A stretch of 64,000 nt of DNA. It comes from Azolla caroliniana (Eukaryota > Plantae > Polypodiophyta). The DNA lies in NCBI GenBank assembly GCA_043228905.1, contig JBHGNT010000017.1:3100001-3164000 (forward strand), read 5' to 3'. Positions within the stretch are counted from its first letter, which is position 1. The number at the start of each line of letters is the position of its first letter. Made by a program: the position numbers and the translations under genes. Below the pieces are notes generated by a model. The model was not told the DNA's origin, did no database searches, and worked only from the letters and a program-made list of their open reading frames with translations. Of this stretch, positions 13,550-24,121 are shown piece after piece.

Positions 13550-14830
13550 GAGGGTAGGATAGCACAAGGTACTCCTCAAGATTAGTAAGAGAATTGGATC
13601 AAGAAACTATACAAAAGGAGGGAATAGAAATCAACTCACTAATTATCACATGATTACGGTGGAAGCTTGCATGTCAACACTTCAAGGCAGTGTTGCTGAA
13701 CATCAACATAATGCTTATGCTGAAAAACAAAGCAAGAGAGCTGTTTAACAAGCAATGTTCCTGACCAAAACACAACATTATTGATTTATCTTGTTTGTCT
13801 ACGGGTAGTAATGGAGGAAAGTTTATTAAAAAGGACAAACGTTGTACTGTTGTTTTCTAGAATTTCCTTAGGCATGCAATACAATACGAAGGGAAAAGTT
13901 AAGGGAAAGATTGGGAAAACTCAAGTACTGACACATAGGAAAGTAACAGTGGTTTGCTTATACCAGCAAGTAAGATGCAAGTAGAAGAAAAAAACGAAGG
14001 TTTTCCTAGAAAGTTCATCAGCACCATGGGAAACTCTATCACCTGATCTATTTTGTCTATGTATAGAACAATAGAAAGTTCATCCAAGAAAGCTTAGGAG
14101 AATATGGGGAAAATCCATTCATTGGAAGTTTCATTGTATTGCTTCTGATTTATCTAGGCCATCATGTACTTTTGGTATATTCTCACCTCACAATACAAAA
14201 CCTTTTAGATGTCAATACTTTGGTGAACGTAGTGGGGCCTAGCAGTCAATGTGGATAAGACCAAATCACAGTGGATAGCAGTTTCAAATCTCAAAATTAG
14301 TGTACTATGAAGAGGAGGAAGTTGAGTTGGGCTACAATTTCAGCTTTGCATCATGGTTGGCATACCTAATTAACATACTTGGAACGGGTGTTGGCTTCTA
14401 TTAGGCACACCTATTACCACAAATTTGCAAACATGTGCCACTTGAGCACAAGCCAAAGATGGGAGATTAGAGAAATAGTATTTGATGCACGCATGGTGCA
14501 ATCTCTTCTTTATGTTACTGAGGTTTGGTGACTCAGAATTTTAGCAAGTTCATGGAATGAAATATAGAACAGACAAAGAAATGTCTTATCCTTCATTTAA
14601 GGGTTTATGAGCACAAGCCTCATCATAATGATTATAGAAACTGGAATAAAAATACAGTTTTTCAAAGAGTTTATAAGTATGTCTTGAAAGTAAGCATAAT
14701 GCCCTGAACTCACCTCCCCAAGGATGGAGCATTACTAGAAGGAAACATTAAAAGAAATTTTCTTCTCCATATAGCTGGGTCCAAGATACCCAGGAAAGGT
14801 TTGGAAGATGGCATATTAAAGAATATATAG
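13550..14830 (+). mobile_element. Decayed non-LTR retrotransposon (LINE) reverse-transcriptase region
   Basis: Broken-frame remnants in RT order: NYHMITV..CMS, LRVVMEES..GQTLYCCFLEF, LSPDLFCLCIEQ*E, LLLIYLGHHVLL (degraded LLYADD), GLAVNVDKTK, FDARMVQSLLYVTEVW*. Confidence 0.8.
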
Positions 14831-15800
14831 AATTAGAATTAGAATTAGAATTTTTATCGTCCATAAATAGGCCAAATTTGACCTATGGGACCAGAGTATA
14901 CATGTGTTCTTGATATATGTTTCCTTCCTAAGAAGGGGTTTAGGAAAAGAAAGGACAGGAGAACATGAGTCTGTGAGCCCATGTTTTATTCAGCCACATT
15001 AGAAGCCCACCAAATGCAGAATGGCCCAATATAGATCGAAGTTTAAGTCACTTACGGAGGTAACAGGTCAATGCTCAACCTCATATCCAGACATGAATGC
15101 CTCAATGTACCAGAAACAGAAGAACCTTGCATATTAGGAACTTATGCAGATTTAAGGAACTCCTAATGATGCAAAAAACATCATCAATGACATTAGGGGT
15201 GGGTGCTCTTTGCTCGTGTACGTGATCCCACATAACCAAACTCATGGAAAATCCAAAAGGTGAAATCAGAAACAAGCTTAGTTTTTCATTAATTTGTCCT
15301 GCAGGTCATATTCAACCTCCAAGAACGTTAATAAAATCTATATATCATTAACAGGTAGGTAAATTTTCACATTTTCTAACTTCACTTTGTTCATTGTTAT
15401 TGTAGACAGAGACTCGAGACTTTCGGCTGTAATTTCTTGTTGGATATGTCCTTACTTCCTAAGATATCAGACAAGCTAAATGAACTGCATTCTGTTTTCT
15501 TTCCATTCATGACAAAATCCCAATATGACATCAAGAAATAAATAAGAACTACTTAGATTGAACATTCACGACAATCCTGCAGCATATTGTTGAACGAAAG
15601 AAGAATTAAAGAAGCTTTTTCCAAAGAAGAAAAAGCCAAAGAAGGGAAAAGGAAGGAAACAATAAATGATGAAATAAATACTTCAATGATCTTACCAAGA
15701 ATTGCGAGGGTGGTTGTGTGGAAGGCACTACTGACTGAGTCCCCTCGTGTGTTTTCCTTGCAATCAATCTGCAAAGGCATGATCACGAACAAAAGAAAGA
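14828..15800 (-). mobile_element. Probable second retroelement 3' end in antisense orientation (stem-loop plus (ATTCTA)n tail); far boundary uncertain
   Basis: (AATTAG)n at 14828-14852 truncates the LINE; adjacent near-perfect palindrome ataggccaaatttgacctat at 14867-14886. Confidence 0.4.
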
Positions 15801-17305
15801 AATAGGGTAAGGAATAGGAACAGGACAGGCAGAAGAGTAATGGGTGGAATCACGACATCATAAAAACCTTGGAGAAAGATATCAGAAAAAGGGTTGGAAA
15901 CCAACAAAACCCAGCAGAGTACCAAAAACCATGCCACATATGTGGTCATGCCATGCCATGCCTAACTACAGATTGCCCATGCCCACATTCCATCCCTAGA
16001 CTGATTGAGATTTAAGCTCAAAAACCTTCACAATTCAAAGAAGCATGACATGCCTCCGATCCCATCCGGCCATGGCCCATGACTATCAAGTTCGATCTCA
16101 CTATTTTCGCCACGAGTCATTCTAACAACTAAAGCATTCCGAGCCCAACCATGCCCATCATTCATTATATTCAATTATTTTATGGCCGTAGCCTCTTAAT
16201 CGAATCTTTTGGCTTTTCAGCATTTTGTTATTTGTTTGTGTCAGTGTTTCGATTTCGAATTTTGTTAGCATTGTCTTAGAAAGCTAGATTCCATTTGTTT
16301 TTACATCCATACCATTCAATTTGGGCCTTCATTTCCTCACCTTTGTAGGTTGCTTTTATATGCGGTTCAAATTTTGCTAGCATTGGCATAGAAAAGGTAA
16401 ATTTGAATTGTTTTAAAATCATCGCATCCCATTTGAAACTCTTTTTCCACCTTCTTTTTCTAGCCTTTGTAAGTCACTTGTGCTAGTGTTTCAAACTTGT
16501 TAGGATTGCCTTTCATAGGTGATCGGGAGTCCCTTTAAAGGACATTTGTTCATAGTATTGATCGTGTTATGGAAATAAATCAAAATGTCCAGCTCCATAA
16601 TTTGATTGTCCATGTTGTCTAAATTCGTATAACAAATTATATAAAAGGTTTTAGGAATTCCACTAAAACAATGTTGTAAACTTAAAAGCGTCAAGCATTA
16701 ATGAGTTATGATATATGATATTGTTGGTTTGTGGGATGTAATGTTTTGTTTCATAAGTGTCATATAAAAGGAAATAAGAATACTAATAAGAATCATTGTA
16801 AGCATACATGCACGCACACACGTTATCGTTGCCAAGTTCTGAACTAGAGCAAGAGACACACTCGAATTGAATGCTCATGATCACATACGCTATTATTGGT
16901 ATTTTAGGACCCAAGAATATTACATAGTGACTCAAGCTAAGTCAACTCTTATCAAGATTCAAATAGGTGCCAATATTCACCAGTTCAGTCAACTCTATGA
17001 AGATTCAAATCACCCCCAATATTCACTATTTTAGAGAGATATAGTGCATTTATGTTACTATATTCTATGCAATAGGTTCGTTAATTTGCCATCACAATAA
17101 AAGAGCAATGGTAGTAGTTTTCCGCAATGTAAATGTTCACCTACTTCATTTTGAATACTTGCCAACTTAGGAAGTCTCCATTGAATGATTGATTAGGGGG
17201 AGTAGTTTAGAAAAGGCAACAATGGGGGTATTATATCATCATAGGGTGGATTTAAGGGTAGGCATGTCGAGGTATTTATGCCCTGAATAATCTAGAAATA
17301 TATGC

Positions 17306-17433
17306 AGTGTAGAATGATTGCGTGTAAATACACACAATTCGGAGAGCCATGTTTGAGGGAGTGAGCAAGTGTAGAATGATTGCATGTAAATACACACAAT
17401 TCGGAGAGCCATGTTTGAGGGAGTGAGCAAGTG
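17306..17433. repeat. 62-bp tandem duplication
   Basis: agtgtagaatgattgcRtgtaaatacacacaattcggagagccatgtttgagggagtgagca starts at 17306 and 17368 with one mismatch. Confidence 0.92.
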
Positions 17434-17626
17434 AGCCGGTGTGTGAATGTGTGCATGCATGCATGATTGATTGTATTTGGGGGTGGGAAGGGTTGGTGGT
17501 TCAATTGTTTGGTTTGGTTTTTTGTCATTTGTTCATGTTGCACCCCCGTCCCCCCCAACCCCAAAGAAAACAACAAAAAACCCCAAAACAAAGACAGAGA
17601 GAGAGAGAGAGTGTGTGTGAGAAAGA

Positions 17627-17731
17627 AATATTAACGTCTTCTAAGTAGGAAGGCCAAAATGAGAGAGGTCTCCTAAGTAGTAAGGCCAAAATGAGAGATA
17701 TAAATATTAACGTCTTCTAAGTAGTAAGGCC

Positions 17732-17783
<52 letters not shown>

Positions 17784-17998
17784 ACGTCTTCTAAGGCCAA
17801 ATAGAGAGAGAGAGAGAGAGAGAGATTAACGTCTTCTAAGGCCAAAATTTGGCCCATGAGACAATTGGAGAGAGAGAGACGGGAGCTGTAAATGTAGTAA
17901 GGAAACAAATTGAGTGAGCCAATTATATGTGTGTGTGTGTGTATAAATAAATGTCCAATTATGTAATGTTATGTAAAAATATGCGTAAATATGTGTAC

Positions 17999-18036
<38 letters not shown>

Positions 18037-18135
18037 TTGGGAAGAAGAAGGAGAGAAGAAGCCAAGCGCGCGCGCCACCCCCCACACCTTCCAACCCAAA
18101 AAAGAGAAAAAACACTTTTTGCAATTAATGCTGTG

Positions 18136-18174
<39 letters not shown>

Positions 18175-18303
18175 GGGCATTAGATTAGATTTAAATTAGA
18201 TAAGATTATTAGTAGAGATGAAATGAATGGATGGAATAAGTGGGGAAACACACACACACACTCTCTCTCATGGGCCAAATTTGGCCTTAGAAGACGTTAA
18301 TAT
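17627..18303. repeat. Compound array: TTAACGTCTTCTAAG(...)GCCAAA units interleaved with (AG)n, plus one inverted copy
   Basis: Direct copies at ~17631, 17668 (variant), 17707, 17781, 17826; 18266-18301 is the reverse complement of 17825-17861 with one indel. Confidence 0.88.
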
Positions 18304-18886
18304 ATCTATCTATCTATCTTTCTTTCTTTCTCTCTCTGTCTGTCAGTTTGTGAGAGCGAGAGAGAGAGAGAGAGAGAGAGAGACAAACCAAAACAAAAAG
18401 AAAAGAAACACAGGAACATCCCCCGCCCCAAACATAACAAATTTATTACACACATACAATACATACAATACATATATACATACATATATTACCTATAGGC
18501 TATGTATATATGTACATAAATAATATCATAAAGTTGGAGCCGAGGAAGGGGTGGCCTTCTTCTTATTCTTCTTCTTCACTTCACTTCCTTCCCTGCTCCT
18601 GCTCCTGCGCCTGCTCCTCCTCCTGCTCTATAGACTTCTTCTCTTAATTAATTAATTAGAATTAAGAAGAAGCTTTCTCTTCCTGGCTGCCTCTCTTCTC
18701 TCTACCTCCATTTTCCGTAATTAGCAGCAGCAGAAAGCAGTACCCATCTCTCTCTCTCTCTCTCTCTCTCTTATATAGATAGATAGATAGATAGATATAG
18801 ATATATAGATCATAGATATAGATATATAGATCATAGATATAGATAGGTAATCTTCCTTCCTTCCTTCCTTCCTTGGGTTCCTTGCA

Positions 18887-21522
18887 ATGCGCTTCATCAT
18901 CCATTCCTGCTTCTGTGCTGCTCTGCTGCTGATCACCTCCATCCCCATGATCGTCCATGGCCAGCAGCAGCAGCTCAGTCCTTCCTTCTACGCCTCCTCC
19001 TGCCCTAATGCTGTCTCCACCATCACCAACACCTTCAACTCCCTCTCCAAGCAAGACAATGTCATCCCTCCCTCCACTCTCCGCCTCATTCTCCATGACT
19101 GCTTCGTCCAGGTTTACTTCCTCCTCCTCCTCCTCTCTCAATCTCTACCATTTCTCCTTCGCCTCTGATTCCCACCAAAATGTAGCCTTCTCACAGTTTT
19201 TTCTGAGAGCCATTTTCTTCTTCTAGATCACAGACGCCAGCAGCAGAATACATGTTTCTTGTTAACTCCACTGTTTCCTCGTGCTTCTTGAGAATCCAGA
19301 TGAAATTTTCTTTCTTTCTTTCTTGTCTCCATTCTCCACACAAGCACTGCAGCTTTCTTTCATTGTTTTTTTTTTTTTCCGCCCCCCCTTTTCCTTTTGA
19401 TTTTGTATGGCGACTTCAGAGCTCCTTTTGTATGGATTTCAGATTTGTATATCGTTTTTTTGGTTGTTCTTCATTGTTGTGTGTGATTTCGCTTTGGGTT
19501 TAGGGTTGCGATGGATCTATTCTGTTAAGCACTACCACAGACAATACAGCCGAGAGAGATGCACCAGATAATCAGAACCTTCCTCAGAATGCGTTCGGTG
19601 CTGTGATCGAAGGGAAGAAAGCTGTGGAAGCCATCTGCCCAGGTGTTGTCTCCTGTGCAGACATCCTTGCCCTAATGTCCAGAGACGCCGTCGTCTTCGT
19701 AAGATCTTTCGAAGAATTAATCATGTTTCTCTTCTGTTTCACTCTCTGTTCTCCTTCTCCTTCTCCTTCTCTGATTTTTGAGCTATGGCGCTTGTGAATA
19801 TGTTGTCACACAGCTTGGTGGACCTACCTGGGATGTTCCCCTAGGAAGGCTCGATGGAAGAGTCTCCAAAGCTTCTTCTGTTATCGGCCGCCTCCCTGGA
19901 GCTAATTTCAACGTGAAGCAGCTGTCTGATAACTTTGCTTCAGTCGGCCTAACCTTGCAAGATATGGTGGTTCTGTCAGGTATGATGTTAGAACAGACGA
20001 AAGTGAGTGATTACTGCTGAGCAGGCAATGCAGCTGTACATTTATTTGCCACGATTAAGCATAACGATTTGTTTGTTTTTGTCTGTCGGAGAAGAAAGCT
20101 GTTCGATTATTCTGGCAAATTCCTTATATATATATATATTGTCACCATCAAAAGAATCGAGAAAAGGATTGCTTAGGGTTAATGCTGTTCGATTATTCTG
20201 GCAAATTCCTTATATATATATATATATATAATTTGTCACCATCAAAAGAATCGAGAAAAGGATTGCTTAGGGTTAAAGCTGTTCGATTATTCTGGCAAAT
20301 TCCATATGTATATATAATTTGTCACCATGGAAAGAATCGAGAAAAGGATTCGTTAGGGTTAAAGCTGTTCGTTAGGTTTCTGGCAAATTCCTTACATATA
20401 GTTAGTCACCATGGAAAGAATCGACAAAAGGATTGCTCAGGGTTCGTTTCTTGATTGAATGCAGGTGCTCATTCCATCGGATTCTCTCACTGCGATCAGT
20501 TCAAGAACAGGCTCTACAATTTCAACAGCACTACGAAGCTCGATCCGTCCATTGATCCTTCGTTTGCTCAGCAGCTGCAGCAGAAGTGCCCAGCTACAGG
20601 AGGGGATGGAAACCTTGCAGCTTTCGACATAGCCACACCCTTCGGATTCGACAACAACTACTACAAAGACCTGCAGCAAGGGAAAGGGCTCCTGTTCTCG
20701 GATCAGACGCTGTTCCAGGATCCATCTACACGAGATCTGGTGGTCTCCTTAGCTTCATCGCAGGATCAGTTCTTTAACAGTTTCAAGGCGGCTATGGTGA
20801 AGATGACATCGGTGGGGGTGAAGGGGAAGGGGGAGGGGGAGGTGAGGAAAGAGTGCACAGTAGTGAACAGTGTCAGCCAAGGAGGAGGAAGCTCGCCATC
20901 GCCATCGCTACCTCCACCTCCACCTCCAACTCCACTATTACCTCCTCCACCTGCTACTACTACTACTGCACCTGTCCGGACACCACCGCCATCTTCACCT
21001 GTGATTCTTCCTCCACCTCCACCTCCGCCATCGCCACCTGTGGCAAAGACTCTACCTCCACCTCCACCTCGTCTTATATCTCCATCTCCACCTCCACCAG
21101 TGGCCCTTCCTCCATCTCCACCTCCACCAGTGGTCCTTCCTCCATCTCCACCTCCACCAGTGGTCCTTCCTCCATCTCCACCTCCACCTGTGGTCCTTCC
21201 TCCATCTCCACCTCCATCTCCACCTCCACCTGTTGTACTTCCTCCGCCTGTCCAGAGCCGCCCTCCGCCGCCATTTGTCCGGCCACCGAGCTCTGAGCCC
21301 CCGGCGCGGGGGGGAATCACGATTCCCGGCATACCCGGCTTCCTGCCTCCGATTCACCTCCCTTTCGGCCCCGGCTTCGGAGGAGGAGGAGGCACCGATC
21401 CCCCTCCTGCCTCCACAGGAACCCATAACAATAACAATAAAAAACCTTCATCAGAAGATTCGCCCACTACTACTACTACTACTACTACCTCCTCCTCCTC
21501 CACCTCCATGAATGGCCATTGA
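18887..21522 (+). CDS. Class III secretory peroxidase with C-terminal extensin-like Pro-rich extension, 4 exons, 547 aa
   Basis: Exons 18887-19111, 19504-19698, 19814-19979, 20465-21522 (1644 nt; canonical three PRX intron positions). Signal peptide, LRLILHDCFVQGCDGS, VSCADILAL, GRLDG, GAHSIG, TPFGFDNNYY, GEVRKEC, then SPPPP repeats in the same exon. Confidence 0.95.
20095..20444. repeat. Four-copy ~85-94-bp minisatellite in peroxidase intron 3
   Basis: aaagctgttcgattattctggcaaattcc(ta)n..gtcaccat..aaagaatcgagaaaaggattgcttagggtt repeated four times with a variable (TA)n core. Confidence 0.92.
21079..21246 (+). repeat. 30-bp coding tandem repeat (PPSPPPPVVL)
   Basis: cctccatctccacctccaccagtggtcctt, about five copies. 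Confidence 0.9.
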
Positions 21523-23359
21523 ATTAATTAATTAATTAATTAGCTCGCCCATTTTCTCACTCATTTATATACATATACATACATACATTACATTACATTA
21601 CATACATACTTACTATTCTTTTTTTTTTCCCCCCCTCCCCCTCACTTTTGACCTCTGCTCCTCCATTATTCCTTTTTCGCTTCATTATTCACTTATTTTA
21701 CCTCTCTGCATCAAAGGAGGGGTCAGTCAGGTCACACCCTATAAATAAAAATACTCGTCTTTCTCTCTCTCCATCTCACTGTTGCAATATATATACACAC
21801 TGTACATTCCAGCTTGATCAATCGAATGTGGCTTTCTCTCTCTCTCTTTTTTGCTGGCAATTTGTTTTAGATTTTTTACAATTTGCTGCCATGCTCTGTC
21901 TCTGTCTCTGTCTCTCGCCAGTGGCCATTGCCATCTTTTTTAAAACTGTGGCTTTTTTTAATGTTATCAAGACGTTAGCTAGTTAATGCCCGATTGATGA
22001 ATGACTAACTTCAGAAGATGCCCCAAAAAAGCTTCTTGTGTACTGAATTTCCAGTTTGTTTTAAGACTATTTTTAGTGGGAAACTGAATGTAGAACAATT
22101 TTGGAGAATGACATTGAGAATTTCACTCACATAAAGTAAGTAAATACATAAGCTGAAGGAGCTATCAGCAACTATCTATCACAAGTGCTTCCATAAAGTA
22201 ATAATAATTGACTACTTGGCTTTTCAAGTGACAGGTAAAAAAAGATGGATTGGATTGGACTGAATTGGCCTGGCATCCTCATCATCAACCGAAGGCATAC
22301 ATAAATGCTTATGGCTCATTTCTCTTCCGTCCAAAGTATTTGACAGACATTTCATGGAAAGCCTTTCAAGATAATGTCAAGTAGAATTCACCTAAAATAA
22401 TATGGGAAATGTAGTCGATGTAAAAGATAACGGAGAATTCTCCGAAAAGGAACATGCTCACGTGTTGGAAATGATTAAAGCATGTGTGGTTGTTTGTTCC
22501 CCAAAGTAATACTGATTCATTTTGCCTAGAGGGATGAAAGTATTAAGAATTAAAGTGAATGGTGACTCACATTTCGATTACACTTACTTGATCTAAATTA
22601 AGGGCAAATTATGCATTAAGCAATCAATGTATATATAATTTAGAGCTATCACAAGGGTACAATTTCACAATTGAAAATTCTAAACCATAAACAAGTAACA
22701 CATTCCCTGCTATATCAAAACTTAAAACCGTAAAACATCATTGGTATGGTAATCTGGAGAAGATTGAGAATGATTCATGATGGATCAGGATAAGGTCATT
22801 GTTCTCTATAATGGATTGATCGATGATGAGTAGAAGAAGGAACTCTAATCCAATCCCCATTCCTGTGCTTAAATTCCCCAAAGATTGCATTCGTTTTTTT
22901 GTCTCAGGTTCAAATACCAGGGCAGAGTCTTAGGATTCTGTGCTGAGAAATCATCAGCCTCAGCGTCATACTAAACGTTAAGAGTCATAAATGCTCTGTT
23001 TTGGGCATACACCTACTGACAGGTGTAGCTTCTAAGAGGAAGATTACTATACATACCACACTCATAGGTACACACACACACACACACATATATATCTCTT
23101 AAATAACCACAATATGTTTTGTATATCATAAATAACCTCCATGGTGTTAAATTTTTCTACAGCTGGGTCTTGCAAATTGGTTGCCATTTTTATTACTTAT
23201 TGTAATGAGCTAACCCTAGTGGTCAGGTGATGAATGTTCATTGGTTTTCTTCAGTATGTAAATGCAACAAGAAGCAAGCCACGTCGCCCCGACATCTTAT
23301 CCTAAATCTCGTATCAAAACAAAGGGATGTTAAATTTCGTCCATTCTCTAGAATGGGGG

Positions 23360-23620
23360 ATGGGGTCCCTCCCAACAAGTAAAGAGTAAAGAGAGTATAA
23401 CATAGACAAGCCAAAGAATTTGTGTCGAGCTATGGTGGGATGGCCCATGGGGTCCCTCCGAACAAGTAAAGAGTAAAGAGAGTATAACATAGACAAGCCA
23501 AAGAATTTGTGACGAGCTATGGTTGGAGGTGGTTGTTGTGTACCAAAATAGGACGTAAAGAGTAAAGAGAATATGACATAGACGAGTGAGAGAATTCGTG
23601 TCAAGCTATTGTTGGAGGTG
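23360..23620. repeat. 88-bp tandem repeat, two close copies and one diverged copy
   Basis: tggggtccctcc..gtaaagagtaaagagagtataacatagacaagccaaagaatttgtg..gagctatggt at 23360 and 23448; weaker copy at ~23555. Confidence 0.85.
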
Positions 23621-23761
23621 AGAGAACCAAGCAAGGAATTGAAACCATTGCCTAATCCTTGAAAATCAAATCGTTCATATCTTTAGTGTCATCCCACCAA
23701 GAGTTTTGAGGAACCATCCATCAAACTTACAGATGGATTTAACCCTCAAACTAAAATCACG

Positions 23762-24121
23762 ATAGTTACATTATACATATAACAAAACAATACTAGGCGT
23801 AGTTAGTTAGAGAGCTTGAAAAGGTGACCCACTAGCTACATCACGACAACTACATAGGTCAACTACATAGAAAACTCAAGCAATACCATGTTAGCTTGAA
23901 ATGCTTCAATCAAACAAGCATAGTTACATAGGTCAAAACAATACTAGGTGTAGTTAGTTAGAGAGCTTGAAAAGGTGACCCACCAGGTACATCAAAACAA
24001 TACTAGCCCTAGTTAGTTAGAGAGCTACGTCACGGCCACTACATAGGTCAAAATGTAAGTCAACTACATAGAAGGCTCATGCAATACCATGATAGCTTGA
24101 AATGCTTCAATCAAACAAGCA
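23762..24121. repeat. Patchwork of shuffled direct repeats
   Basis: aaaacaatactag..tagttagttagagagct x3; gcaataccatgNtagcttgaaatgcttcaatcaaacaagca x2; actacataggtcaa x2. Confidence 0.85.

Noticed and set aside
17627-17861. CRISPR-like repeat-spacer look
   Set aside because: The spacers are (AG)n microsatellites, the context is eukaryotic and there are no cas genes
20766-21511. Overlapping ORFs in other frames of the Pro-rich tail (Gly-rich, RW-repeat, EVEME, STS)
   Set aside because: Shadow frames of the CCT/CCA repeat, which lacks stop codons
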